Made by a program: the position numbers and the translations under genes. The notes under the pieces were generated by a model. It was given only the letters and a program-made list of their open reading frames with translations. It did not search any database and was not told the DNA's origin. A stretch of DNA of 20,148 nucleotides from a virus (Duplodnaviria > Heunggongvirae > Uroviricota > Caudoviricetes), in the IMG/VR virus record IMGVR_UViG_2541047958_000001, positions 1 through 20,148 of that record; one strand, written 5' to 3'. Position 1 is the first letter of the stretch; the number at the start of each line of letters is the position of its first letter. Positions 1-8,230 of the stretch are shown piece after piece.

Positions 1-201
1 TTATTTATTCGATTTCTCTATATGGTGATTTAAAATCTCTGCTTTTGCCTCTTCATAAGTTAGCTTACCTCTTATAACTTCATCCTTTATTTTCTGGTAA
101 AATTCTGACCCGCGAGGATCTTTACCTGATAAATATAAGCTAGCCTCTGCTTTCCTAAATGCCTCAATCCTTTTTCTCTTCGTGGTCTCATCCATTTTCA
201 T
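1..201 (-). CDS. Small helical protein resembling VbhA/YhfG-type Fic antitoxins, with a variant motif
   Basis: Complete 66-aa ORF (ATG at 199-201, TAA at 1-3, AGGT SD-like element upstream). Basic N-terminus followed by A-S-L-Y-L-S-G, which aligns with the S-x-x-x-E-G inhibitory motif of VbhA/YhfG but has Ser where the Glu would be. AT-rich. Family assignment is from memory only. Confidence 0.4.
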   Translation of the reverse strand: MKMDETTKRKRIEAFRKAEASLYLSGKDPRGSEFYQKIKDEVIRGKLTYEEAKAEILNHHIEKSNK

Positions 202-214
202 TACTACCTATGTT

Positions 215-1162
215 TTAGTCAGTTGATGAGGTAAATGATATCATTTCGATAACTTCTATTCCTTTAGAATTAATTCTGTAGCATTCGTTTTTCGATTTCC
301 TGATGTATGAAAATGAATCTTTTTTTGTATTGCAATCTGTCTTAGAAAAAGCATCAAGTAAAAGAAAAGACTTCTGATGCTCTGGTATTATCTTTATTGA
401 AAAAACACTAATGAATAATAATGCAATTGCTGTCGATAATAGATCTGCAACTCTTAAGTAGCTATTCGAACATATGAGTATTTTTTTAAACCATATCATT
501 AAAATTAGTTTTGCTCTATTAATATCTTGTGCCATTGTTTTTGCAATGTATAATAGATTCTTTTTATTGGATGAAGTTGATTCTTTATTTGTTTTTTGCA
601 TTGCTTTGAACATGGTTACGATACCGAAAGCTAACCCGAAAACTAACAACATAATAACTTTGAAATCAACCTCTTGGTTTTTTTCAATCGTCTCTCTTAG
701 CATTGCAGAAAAAGTGATGGTCAAAATTACCGCGTAAAAGCATTGATAAGCAGTAATTCTTCCAAAGTATAAGTATATGAAAATGCTAAGGCCATAAATG
801 GATAGAGATAGAGGAATGGCCATTGCGAAAGCATAACCATAAGATGAGTATATTAAGTATTCCGGTTGAATATCGTAATCAAAATTAATTTTATGTTTTG
901 CATACCACATACAAATTGAAAAAATCAATACTGTTCCAATCCATTTAATGATGCTGTGCTCAATCATTTTATTGACGATTGTTTTTTTGTTGTTATAGGC
1001 ACAAAAAATGAATGCTACGGAGAGGAATAATCCACAAACTAAGAAGGTTTTATCTTGAAGTAATAATGGGAACTTCATGATTACAATGCAAGCAATCAGC
1101 AAATATATAATGGATACAATATTGAAATCAAAATTTGCAATGTGTTTTCTAATGTAACGCAT
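215..1162 (-). CDS. Polytopic inner-membrane protein of unknown function (about 8-9 predicted TM helices)
   Basis: 315-aa ORF, strongly AT-rich, repeated 15-25 residue hydrophobic stretches separated by short K/N-rich loops. AAGGA SD 9 nt upstream of the ATG at 1162, overlapping the integrase stop, so it appears co-transcribed downstream of the integrase. No catalytic motif recognised. Confidence 0.6.
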   Translation of the reverse strand: MRYIRKHIANFDFNIVSIIYLLIACIVIMKFPLLLQDKTFLVCGLFLSVAFIFCAYNNKKTIVNKMIEHSIIKWIGTVLIFSICMWYAKHKINFDYDIQPEYLIYSSYGYAFAMAIPLSLSIYGLSIFIYLYFGRITAYQCFYAVILTITFSAMLRETIEKNQEVDFKVIMLLVFGLAFGIVTMFKAMQKTNKESTSSNKKNLLYIAKTMAQDINRAKLILMIWFKKILICSNSYLRVADLLSTAIALLFISVFSIKIIPEHQKSFLLLDAFSKTDCNTKKDSFSYIRKSKNECYRINSKGIEVIEMISFTSSTD

Positions 1163-1172
1163 AAGATATCCT

Positions 1173-2246
1173 TTATTTCAACTTTAACGCTAAATCCTCA
1201 GCTTTTGGATGATAATACCGCATTAGCATTCTCGGGTCTTTATGCCCCGTGATTTTTGTCAGCTCGTGCATGGGGAAAATCTCAGCCAAGCGAGAGGTCG
1301 CTTCATGCCGGAGATCGTGAAATCTTAAATCTTTGAGGAAGGTGTCATCACATTGAGGTTTAGCTTGTTCATATCTTTCTCTGGCGCGCTTTACAGCTCG
1401 ATCAAAAGCGCGGGTGATCGCATCGGCACGCATTCCAAAAACCTTGTCATCAGCTTGTTTAGAACGCTCCTTTAGATTGGATAGTACCATAACAGCCTTT
1501 GTGGATAAGGGGACATCGCGAGCATTACCATTCTTAGTATCTGGCAGATGTGCAACTCGCCTATCAAGATCGATAAAGCGCCATCGAAGTTCTGCAATTT
1601 CGCTACGGCGCATGGCTGTCTCTAACGCCAGAAGAATGATTGCTGGCAATACTAATGAATGTGTTGCGGCAATGATATGTTCGATCTCGTTGGCTAATTC
1701 CTTTCCTGACGTAACACCGGTTTGCTCAGAAACTAAAGGCAGCGCTTCCAGGCGTCTGGTCCTTGAGTTCTTGGGTTGGGGTTTGCGAATGGCCTCTACG
1801 GGGTTCAGCAGGCTCTCCATGCCCCATTCTTTCCGCGAAACATTGAATACATGAGAAAGTAAGGCCAAACGCCTTAAAACAGTTGCAGGAGCATAAATTT
1901 TCAACCATTCATCTCTTAGCTTGGCGACATCGGCACTCCTGATGCTGGCCATATAGTTTTTTGCCAGCTGAGTGCCTTTTAGTATCCGCACCAATGATCG
2001 GTCTTGCACTGCTCCTTTTTTGTCGGGAACAATCTCTTTTTCATAGCGCGTTAGGGCTTCATACAATGTCGTAGATTCCGCTTCGCTGCGGCTAAGCCAA
2101 ACTCCTCTCGCCATTTCTGACTCGATCATTTTGGCCCAAGCATCTGCTTCTACTTTGGTGTTAAAGGTTTTGGTTTGAGAGGGAAAACCACGTTTACGGA
2201 TTTGAGCTTCCCATTGGTAGTTACCACGTTTGCGTATAGTCGCCAT
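1173..2246 (-). CDS. int: Tyrosine recombinase / integrase (unrelated in sequence to the int at 2398-3561)
   Basis: C-terminal catalytic signature: R in ETAMRRSE, HDLRHE box, tyrosine in LMRYYH. ORF track starts at a TTG (2276); an in-frame ATG at 2246 (MATIRKRG...) is the more likely start. Confidence 0.88.
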   Translation of the reverse strand: MATIRKRGNYQWEAQIRKRGFPSQTKTFNTKVEADAWAKMIESEMARGVWLSRSEAESTTLYEALTRYEKEIVPDKKGAVQDRSLVRILKGTQLAKNYMASIRSADVAKLRDEWLKIYAPATVLRRLALLSHVFNVSRKEWGMESLLNPVEAIRKPQPKNSRTRRLEALPLVSEQTGVTSGKELANEIEHIIAATHSLVLPAIILLALETAMRRSEIAELRWRFIDLDRRVAHLPDTKNGNARDVPLSTKAVMVLSNLKERSKQADDKVFGMRADAITRAFDRAVKRARERYEQAKPQCDDTFLKDLRFHDLRHEATSRLAEIFPMHELTKITGHKDPRMLMRYYHPKAEDLALKLK

Positions 2247-2334
2247 TTCTGTCTGATTCCTAACGAACTGTGGCAATATTGTGGCAAAAAATCTATTTAA
2301 ATTCGATAGGTATTGATTTTACAGGACCAATTTA

Positions 2335-2383
2335 CGCATTCGTAATGCGAAGGTCGTAGGTTCGACTCCTATTATCGGCACCA
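2335..2383 (+). other. 3' 49 nt of tRNA-Thr(CGU) (thrW-like): anticodon loop TTCGTAA, T-arm GGTTCGACTCC, acceptor 3' strand plus CCA; att core copy
   Basis: Sequence cgcattcgtaatgcgaaggtcgtaggttcgactcctattatcggcacca carries the T-loop, an anticodon loop with CGT, and terminal CCA; the 5' half of the tRNA is absent (upstream sequence does not fold as D-arm or acceptor). It lies 15 bp beyond the stop of the P22-type int. Confidence 0.8.
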
Positions 2384-2397
2384 TTTAAATCAATAAG

Positions 2398-3561
2398 TTA
2401 CACATCATTAGTACCTTCCTTATTTTTTGACTGGGACAAATTTGGGACCGATGGGTTCAGGATCGAGTCTATTTGCCGTGCGTGTTCGGTAAGGTGATTA
2501 GGTGCAAGGTGAGCATATCGACGAACCATTTCGATAGACTCCCAGCCTCCCATTTCCTGTAACACTGACAACGGGACTCCGGCTTGAACCAGCCAACTTG
2601 CCCAGGTGTGTCTCAAGTCGTGAAATCTGAAATCATCAATACCAGCCCGTCTCAGCGCCGCTTTCCAGGCTGTGTTTGCGTCATACCGCATCTTCCTTAC
2701 TGTTGGCGCTTTCGTTCCGTCTGGTTTGGTACAGCTTTCCTTGTACACAAATACCCAACGGTGATGATTCCCGATTTGTTTTTTCAATACGCGACATGCA
2801 GTATCATTCAGCGCAACGCCGATTGCGCGGTTTGATTTACTCTCTTCCGGGTTTATCCATGCCACCCGGCGCTGCATATCTATTTGTTGCCATTCAAGGT
2901 TGATGATGTTCGAGCGTCTTAAGCCTGTTGCCAGTGCAAATTCAACAACAGACTTTAATGGCTCCGGACATTCATCAATCAGCCTTTGTGCTTCATGGGG
3001 CTCCAGCCAGCGGATCCGTTTATTCTTTGGTTGAGGCACTTTAATAATTGGTGCCTTATCCAGCATTTTCCATTCACGCTCTGCGGCTCTTAGTAGGGCT
3101 TTTATAAATGAAAGATGCGTAGCCTTCGTTGCAACAGACGCTGGTTTTGGCGTGTATTCTGGAACAGGTTTCCCTTTTTTTCTGCATGCTTCTTCCCTGA
3201 GTTTCCAGTTTTCCTCATTACGCCGGTTCGTCATTTTCTGCATTGCTGAATAAATTTTTGATTCAGTAATGTCTCTTAGTTGCATTCCTGCGAAATGTTG
3301 AAGCCAGAACCCGATCCGGCTTTTGTCATCGTCCAGTGATTTTTTATGTGCTTTCTCTTCAAGCCACCTGACACACGCTTCCTCGAACGTTATATCAGGT
3401 ATTTCACCAAGTTTGCTGACCCGCCATGCTTCAGCCTTTAGCTTGTCATGGAGTTCTGTCGCCTGCCTTTTGTCCTTTGTTCCAAGAGACTGTTTAAATC
3501 TTTTACCGTTCGGCAATGTGAAACTGGCGTACCATATTTCACCTCTGCGGAAGAGTGACAT
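2398..3561 (-). CDS. int: Phage integrase, P22/lambdoid type (tyrosine recombinase)
   Basis: 387-aa ORF with HDLRH box and RYAH catalytic tyrosine region; closely resembles the P22-family integrase as I recall it; 3' end abuts the tRNA-Thr att core, as expected for attL-int. Confidence 0.92.
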   Translation of the reverse strand: MSLFRRGEIWYASFTLPNGKRFKQSLGTKDKRQATELHDKLKAEAWRVSKLGEIPDITFEEACVRWLEEKAHKKSLDDDKSRIGFWLQHFAGMQLRDITESKIYSAMQKMTNRRNEENWKLREEACRKKGKPVPEYTPKPASVATKATHLSFIKALLRAAEREWKMLDKAPIIKVPQPKNKRIRWLEPHEAQRLIDECPEPLKSVVEFALATGLRRSNIINLEWQQIDMQRRVAWINPEESKSNRAIGVALNDTACRVLKKQIGNHHRWVFVYKESCTKPDGTKAPTVRKMRYDANTAWKAALRRAGIDDFRFHDLRHTWASWLVQAGVPLSVLQEMGGWESIEMVRRYAHLAPNHLTEHARQIDSILNPSVPNLSQSKNKEGTNDV

Positions 3562-3788
3562 TTTCTTTCCTCTGTTATGCCATCACCCGCGCTCACCTTG
3601 ATAGTATGCAGCGGAGACTGAAGCGCCGCAATGCAGGCTTGTCGCGTTGTGAGGTAAGGAGATTTTGGTTTAGTGGGGTCTTTGCGTGTTGCCTGTAGGC
3701 GGCCTGTTCGTATCCAGTTGGTAGCGGTAGGTCTGGATATCTTGAGAAACTGACAGGCCTCATCGAGTGTGAGGCTGTATGATTCCAT
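3438..3788 (-). CDS. xis: Excisionase (Xis), P22-like, 116 aa
   Basis: ATG at 3788 preceded by a GAGG SD 5 nt upstream (ORF-track GTG start at 3818 is probably an upstream extension); lies directly upstream of int and overlaps its 5' end in another frame; basic helix-turn-helix-like N-terminus. Confidence 0.7.
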   Translation of the reverse strand: MESYSLTLDEACQFLKISRPTATNWIRTGRLQATRKDPTKPKSPYLTTRQACIAALQSPLHTIKVSAGDGITEERKCHSSAEVKYGTPVSHCRTVKDLNSLLEQRTKGRRQNSMTS

Positions 3789-4038
3789 GGTTACCTCTGC
3801 TTTTTGAACGCATGTCACGTAACTTCTTAATGTGTTCTGCCGTTTCGATCTCTTCTGCTATCCGATCTGCATCAGCTTTATTCACAGGTTCAAAGTCATG
3901 ATTAAAGCGGAACATGCTGGCGATACATGTTCTGCCTTTTCGGATGTAGTGAACTTTGTTGTGGGTAGAACGCAGGATTTTGCAGGGAGTGCCGTGGTGG
4001 TCGACGTACCAGGTGTTAGGAAAAATGATTCTGAACAT
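3760..4038 (-). CDS. Hypothetical prophage early protein (92 aa, Cys/His-rich)
   Basis: ATG at 4038 with GAGGTG SD 7-8 nt upstream; compact ORF overlapping the xis start by 29 nt; no family recognised with confidence. Confidence 0.45.
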   Translation of the reverse strand: MFRIIFPNTWYVDHHGTPCKILRSTHNKVHYIRKGRTCIASMFRFNHDFEPVNKADADRIAEEIETAEHIKKLRDMRSKSRGNHGIIQPHTR

Positions 4039-4085
4039 TTTTACACCTCAGTTGGACGATGTTGAAATTTGCTGCTTTGAGGCCA

Positions 4086-4304
4086 TCACAGTCCCCATTG
4101 TTTGTTCTTAAGTTCGATCTCCTCCTGGCAACTTGCACAAGTCCGACAACCCTGAACGGCCAGGCGTCTTCGTTCATCTATCGGATCGCCACACTCACAA
4201 CAATGAGTGGCAGATATAGCCTGGTGGTTCAGGCGGCGCATTTTTATTGCTGTGTTGCGCTGTAATTCTTCAATTTCTGATGCTGAATCAATGATGTCTG
4301 CCAT
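4086..4304 (-). CDS. TraR/DksA-family C4 zinc-finger protein (72 aa)
   Basis: Two CxxC pairs (CCEC ... CRTC) in the C-terminal half after an acidic helical N-terminus, which is typical of phage TraR-like RNA polymerase-binding proteins. Confidence 0.6.
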   Translation of the reverse strand: MADIIDSASEIEELQRNTAIKMRRLNHQAISATHCCECGDPIDERRRLAVQGCRTCASCQEEIELKNKQWGL

Positions 4305-4613
4305 CTTTCATTAATCCCTGAATTGTTGGTTAATACGCTTGAGGGTGAATGCGAATAATAAAAAAGGAGCCTGTAGCTCCATGATGATTTTGTTTTTCAT
4401 GTTCACCGTTCCTTAAAGACGCCGTTTAACATGCCGATCGCCAGGCTTAAATGAGTCGGTGTGAATCCCATCAGCGTTACCGTTTCGCGGTGCTTCTTCA
4501 GTACGCTACGGCAAATGTCATCGACGTTTTTATCCGGAAACTGCTGTCTGGCTTTTTTGATTTCATAATTAGCCTGACGGGCAATACTGCGAAGGGCGGG
4601 TAATGACTCCAAC

Positions 4614-5117
4614 TTATTGATAGTGTTTTATGTTCAGATAATGCCCGATGACTTTGTCATGCAGCTCCACCGATTTTGAGAACGACAGCGACTTCCGTCC
4701 CAGCCGTGCCAGGTGCTGCCTCAGATTCAGGTTATGCCGCTCAATTCGCTGCGTATATCGCTTGCTGATTACGTGCAGCTTTCCCTTCAGGCGGGATTCA
4801 TACAGCGGCCAGCCATCCGTCATCCATATCACCACGTCAAAGGGTGACAGCAGGCTCATAAGACGCCCCAGCGTCGCCATAGTGCGTTCACCGAATACGT
4901 GCGCAACAACCGTCTTCCGGAGCCTGTCATACGCGTAAAACAGCCAGCGCTGGCGCGATTTAGCCCCGACGTATCCCCACTGTTCGTCCATTTCCGCGCA
5001 GACGATGACGTCACTGCCCGGCTGTATGCGCGAGGTTACCGACTGCGGCCTGAGTTTTTTAAATGGCGGAAAATCGTGTTGAGGCCAACGCCCATAATGC
5101 GGGCGGTTGCCCGGCAT
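4614..5117 (-). CDS. insB: IS1 InsB (expressed as InsAB' by -1 frameshift)
   Basis: 167-aa ORF matching the IS1 transposase catalytic part; overlaps insA in the -1 frame. Confidence 0.93.
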   Translation of the reverse strand: MPGNRPHYGRWPQHDFPPFKKLRPQSVTSRIQPGSDVIVCAEMDEQWGYVGAKSRQRWLFYAYDRLRKTVVAHVFGERTMATLGRLMSLLSPFDVVIWMTDGWPLYESRLKGKLHVISKRYTQRIERHNLNLRQHLARLGRKSLSFSKSVELHDKVIGHYLNIKHYQ

Positions 5118-5311
5118 CCAACGCCATTCATGGCCATATCAATGATTTTCTGGTGCGTACCGGGTTGAGAAGCGGTGTAAGTGAACTGCAGTTGCCATGT
5201 TTTACGGCAGTGAGAGCAGAGATAGCGCTGATGTCCGGCAGTGCTTTTGCCGTTACGCACCACCCCGTCAGTAGCTGAACAGGAGGGACAGCTGATAGAA
5301 ACAGAAGCCAC
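5036..5311 (-). CDS. insA: IS1 InsA
   Basis: 91-aa [46 protein letters not shown]... (zinc finger plus HTH), canonical IS1 InsA. Confidence 0.93.
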   Translation of the reverse strand: MASVSISCPSCSATDGVVRNGKSTAGHQRYLCSHCRKTWQLQFTYTASQPGTHQKIIDMAMNGVGCRATARIMGVGLNTIFRHLKNSGRSR

Positions 5312-5471
5312 TGGAGCACCTCAAAAACACCATCATACACTAAATCAGTAAGTTGGCAGCATCACCCGAAGGGCGTTTTCTTGCTGAGGTGTCATTGAAC
5401 AAGTCCCATATCGGCAAGCATAAGCACACAGAATATGAAGCCCGCTGCCAGAAAAATGCATTCAGTGGTTG

Positions 5472-5663
5472 TCATACCTGGTCTCTCTCATCTGCTTCTG
5501 CTTTCGCCACCATCATTTCCAGCTTTTGTGAAAGGGATGTGGCTAACGTATGAAATTCTTCGTCTGTTTCTACTGGTATTGGCACAAACCTGACTCCAAT
5601 TTGAGCGAGGCTATGTGCCATCTCGATACTCGTTCTTAACTCAACGGGAGATGCTTTGTACAT
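5472..5663 (-). CDS. Lambda orf63-like small early protein (63 aa)
   Basis: 192-nt ORF overlapping the upstream orf60a-like gene by 28 nt, the same length and overlap geometry as lambda orf63 as I recall it. Confidence 0.5.
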   Translation of the reverse strand: MYKASPVELRTSIEMAHSLAQIGVRFVPIPVETDEEFHTLATSLSQKLEMMVAKAEADERDQV

Positions 5664-5818
5664 ACAGCCCCTCGTTTATTATTTATCTCCTCAGCCAGCC
5701 GCTGGGCTTTCAGTGGATTTTGGATAACAGAAAGGCCGGGAAATACCCAGCCTCGCTTTGTAACGGAGTAGACGAAAGTGATCGCGCCTACCCGGATATT
5801 ATCGTGAGGATGCGTCAT
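5636..5818 (-). CDS. Lambda orf60a-like small early protein (60 aa)
   Basis: ATG at 5818 overlaps the exo stop (ATGA overlap), same arrangement as lambda orf60a; the ORF track gives a start two codons upstream at 5824. Confidence 0.5.
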   Translation of the reverse strand: MTHPHDNIRVGAITFVYSVTKRGWVFPGLSVIQNPLKAQRLAEEINNKRGAVCTKHLPLS

Positions 5819-6495
5819 CGCCATTGCTCCCCAAATACAAAACCAATTTCAGCCAGTGCCTCGTCCATTTTTTCGATGAACTCCGGCACCATCTCGTCAA
5901 AACTCGCCATGTACTTTTCATCCCGCTCAACCACGACATAATGCAGTCCTTCACGCTTCATACGCGGGTCATAGTTGGCAAAGTACCAGGCATCTTTTCG
6001 CGTCACCCACATGCTGTACTGCACCTGGGCCATGTAAGCCGACTTTATGGCCTCGAAACCACCGAGCCGGAACTTCATGAAATCCCGGGAGGTAAACGGG
6101 CATTTCAGCTCAAGGCCATTGCCGTCACTGCATAAACCATCGGGAGAGCAGGCGGTGCGCATACTTTCGTCGCGATAGATGATCGGGGATTCAGTAACAT
6201 TCACGCCGGAAGTGAATTCAAACAGGGTTCTGGCGTCGTTCTCGTACTGTTTTCCCCAGGCCAGCGCCTTAGCATTAACTTCCGGAGCCACACCGGTGCA
6301 AACCTCAGCCAGCAGGGTGTGGAAGTAGGACATTTTCATGTCAGGCCACTTCTTTCCTGAGCGGGGCTTTGCTATCACGTTGTGAACTTCTGAAGCGGTG
6401 ATGACGCCGAGCCGTAATTTGTGCCATGCATCATCCCCCTGTTCGACAGCTCTCACGTCGATCCCGGTACGCTGCAGGATAATGTCCGGTGTCAT
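5815..6495 (-). CDS. exo: Lambda-type exonuclease (Red alpha, Exo), 226 aa
   Basis: Protein [40 protein letters not shown]... is essentially lambda Exo along its full length (from memory). Confidence 0.95.
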   Translation of the reverse strand: MTPDIILQRTGIDVRAVEQGDDAWHKLRLGVITASEVHNVIAKPRSGKKWPDMKMSYFHTLLAEVCTGVAPEVNAKALAWGKQYENDARTLFEFTSGVNVTESPIIYRDESMRTACSPDGLCSDGNGLELKCPFTSRDFMKFRLGGFEAIKSAYMAQVQYSMWVTRKDAWYFANYDPRMKREGLHYVVVERDEKYMASFDEMVPEFIEKMDEALAEIGFVFGEQWR

Positions 6496-7277
6496 GCTGC
6501 CACCTTCTGCTCAGTGGCTTTCTGTTTCAGGAATCCAAGAGCTTTCACTGCTTCGGCCTGTGTCAGTTCTGACGATGCGCGAATGTCGCGGCGAAATATC
6601 TGGGAACAGAGCGGCAATAAGTCGTCATCCCATGTTTTATCCAGGGCGATCAGCAGAGTGTTAATCTCCTGCATGGTTTCATCGTTAACCGGAGTGATGT
6701 CGCGTTCCGGCTGACGTTCTGCAGTGTATGCAGTATTTTCGACAATGCGCTCGGCTTCATCCTTGTCATAGATACCAGCAAATCCGAAGGCCAGACGGGC
6801 GCATTGAATCATGGCTTTATGCCGTAACATCCGTTTGGGATGCGACTGCCACGGCCCCGTGATTTCTCTGCCTTCGCGGGTTTTGAATGGTTCGCGTCGG
6901 CATTCGTCCATCCACTCGGTAACGCAGATCGGATGATTACGGTCTTTGCGGTAAATCCGGCATGTACAGGATTCATTGTCCTGCTCAAAGTCCATGCCAT
7001 CAAACTGCTGGTTTTCATTGATGATGCGGGACCAGCCATCAACGCCCACCACCGGAACGATGCCATTCTGCTTATCAGGGAAGGCGTAAATTTCTTTCGT
7101 CCACGGATTAAGGCCGTACTGGTTGGCGACGATCAACAATGCGATGAACTGCGCATCGCTGGCATCACCTTTAAATGCCGTCTGGCGAAGAGTGGTGATC
7201 AGTTCCTGTGGGTCGACAGAATCCATGCCGACACGTTCAGCCAGCTTCCCAGCCAGCGTTGCGAGTGCTGTACTCAT
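6492..7277 (-). CDS. bet: Lambda-type single-strand annealing protein (Red beta, Bet), 261 aa
   Basis: Protein [66 protein letters not shown]... matches lambda Bet (from memory); 4-nt overlap with exo. Confidence 0.95.
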   Translation of the reverse strand: MSTALATLAGKLAERVGMDSVDPQELITTLRQTAFKGDASDAQFIALLIVANQYGLNPWTKEIYAFPDKQNGIVPVVGVDGWSRIINENQQFDGMDFEQDNESCTCRIYRKDRNHPICVTEWMDECRREPFKTREGREITGPWQSHPKRMLRHKAMIQCARLAFGFAGIYDKDEAERIVENTAYTAERQPERDITPVNDETMQEINTLLIALDKTWDDDLLPLCSQIFRRDIRASSELTQAEAVKALGFLKQKATEQKVAA

Positions 7278-7282
7278 CCGTT

Positions 7283-7579
7283 TTATACCTCTGAATCAAT
7301 ATCAACCTGGTGGTGAGCAATGGTTTCAACCATGTACCGGATGTGTTCTGCCATGCGCTCCTGAAACTCAACATCGTCATCGAACGCACGGGTAATGGCT
7401 TTTTTGCTGGCCCCGTGGCGTTGCAAATGATCGATGCATAGCGATTCAAACAGGTGCTGGGGCAGGCCTTTTTCCATGTCGTCTGCCAGTTCTGCCTCTT
7501 TCTCTTCACGGGCGATCTGCTGGTAGTGACGCGCCCAGCTCTGAGCCTCAAGACGATTCTGAATGTAATAAGCGTTCAT
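7283..7579 (-). CDS. gam: Gam (RecBCD inhibitor), short 98-aa GamS-type form
   Basis: ATG at 7579 with AGGAG SD gives [60 protein letters not shown]..., lambda GamS-like. The upstream in-frame extension (GTG at 7618) does not resemble the lambda GamL N-terminus. Confidence 0.85.
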   Translation of the reverse strand: MNAYYIQNRLEAQSWARHYQQIAREEKEAELADDMEKGLPQHLFESLCIDHLQRHGASKKAITRAFDDDVEFQERMAEHIRYMVETIAHHQVDIDSEV

Positions 7580-7654
7580 GGCTGAACTCCTGAAAATGGC
7601 TGTGAAAATATCGCCCACGAAATGCCAGGCTGATTAGGAAAACAGGAAAGGGGA

Positions 7655-7945
7655 TTAGTGATTCAGGCCGTTACCGCGTCCGTCGAGAAAAACTTCCACG
7701 AGCAAATCACGGGTATAAGTGCGCTCGATGCCGCGATGCAGATAAAGCCGTCCGCGTAAATTAGCTGATGCAGTCCAGGTACCATCTTTGTGTTTGACCA
7801 GCATTCCTGGCATGACCGCACCTCGATTAACGGTCTGCGTTCCATAATGTTGATGAACCATAAAAACTCCTGCCCGTAAGCTGGGCTGCTGAACATATAG
7901 AGACTTCTGCGCGTATTCAGGCGGTGGATGGCCGCCGGTTGTCAT
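7655..7945 (-). CDS. Hypothetical 96-aa protein, first ORF downstream of the pL-like promoter (N position)
   Basis: ATG at 7945; weak GAGG 10-11 nt upstream; no arginine-rich N-terminal motif; an alternative overlapping 77-aa ORF (7663-7896) exists in another frame; coding status uncertain. Confidence 0.35.
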   Translation of the reverse strand: MTTGGHPPPEYAQKSLYVQQPSLRAGVFMVHQHYGTQTVNRGAVMPGMLVKHKDGTWTASANLRGRLYLHRGIERTYTRDLLVEVFLDGRGNGLNH

Positions 7946-8099
7946 AACTAAGCCGCCTCGTTGAAGCGACTAAGGTATGAAATGTTGAGTTAATTTCAGC
8001 TGGTCACACCGACGTTCACGCGTCCGTTTCACCCCTCGCACTCCCCGAAGCCTGCTGAAATTCAAACTGCGGATCTAAGCGGTCATCGCAACGGTGAAT

Positions 8100-8230
8100 C
8101 AGGTAGTTGCCGTATCGTTGTGTTGTTGCGATGAACTTATTTAAAACTATAGTTGTTTTATCGTCAACAACAAAAGTTGTTTTATTGGTTGTTTTAGATA
8201 TAACTGGTTGTATTTAGGATGGATTTATTT
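8100..8230 (-). promoter_or_regulatory. oL/pL-like region: array of GTTGTT/AACAAC operator half-sites with a leftward TTGACG-17 nt-TTAAAT promoter-like element
   Basis: At least six GTTGTT/AACAAC half-sites, including the inverted pair AACAACAAAAGTTGTT; the same half-site appears in the oR palindrome at 10000-10024. Minus-strand -35 TTGACG (8167-8162), 17-nt spacer, -10 TTAAAT (8144-8139). Coordinates in this stretch could not be cross-checked against an ORF. Confidence 0.4.

Larger units (their letters stand above)
4599..5366 (-). mobile_element. IS1, complete 768-bp copy, flanked by 9-bp direct repeats CGAAGGGCG (4590-4598 and 5367-5375)
   Basis: Termini GGTAATGACTCCAACTTATTGAT (4599 onward) and ...ATCAGTAAGTTGGCAGCATCACC (to 5366) are the IS1 inverted repeats; insA and insB inside; identical 9-bp target duplication read directly from the sequence. 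Confidence 0.95.
4403..5461 (-). pseudogene. ea8.5-like early gene disrupted by IS1 insertion
   Basis: Removing IS1 (4599-5366) and one copy of the 9-bp duplication joins 5461-5376 to 4598-4403 in one frame, giving a 282-nt ORF (93 codons, Cys-rich N-terminus). Length and position match lambda ea8.5 as I recall it. Confidence 0.55.

Noticed and set aside
1414-1908. ORFs of 146 aa (plus) and 60 aa (minus) inside the left integrase gene
   Set aside because: They overlap a gene with a clear tyrosine-recombinase catalytic signature; antisense or alternative-frame artefacts.
2398-3561. Assigning this integrase to Rac IntR (ttcA-integrating)
   Set aside because: The gene abuts a tRNA-Thr 3' core and not a ttcA fragment, and its length (387 aa) and xis (116 aa) fit the P22-type module better.
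2584-3601. Plus-strand ORFs of 83, 75 and 92 aa inside the P22-type integrase and xis
   Set aside because: Antisense to well-supported int/xis coding sequence; no SD or recognisable protein features.
4086-4304. Calling the 72-aa protein Lar/RalR (Rac restriction alleviation / type I toxin)
   Set aside because: The Lar-family Cys motif as I remember it (CPFCG ... C..C) is absent; the Cys spacing fits a TraR/DksA zinc finger instead.
5392-5475. 27-codon strongly hydrophobic ORF (MTTTECIFLAAGFIFCVLMLADMGLVQ) with ATGA overlap to the orf63-like stop, resembling a type I toxin or small membrane peptide
   Set aside because: It lies out of frame inside the N-terminal part of the ea8.5-like gene, whose frame is conserved across the IS1 junction and reconstitutes to 282 nt; it is most likely an alternative-frame artefact, though not excluded.
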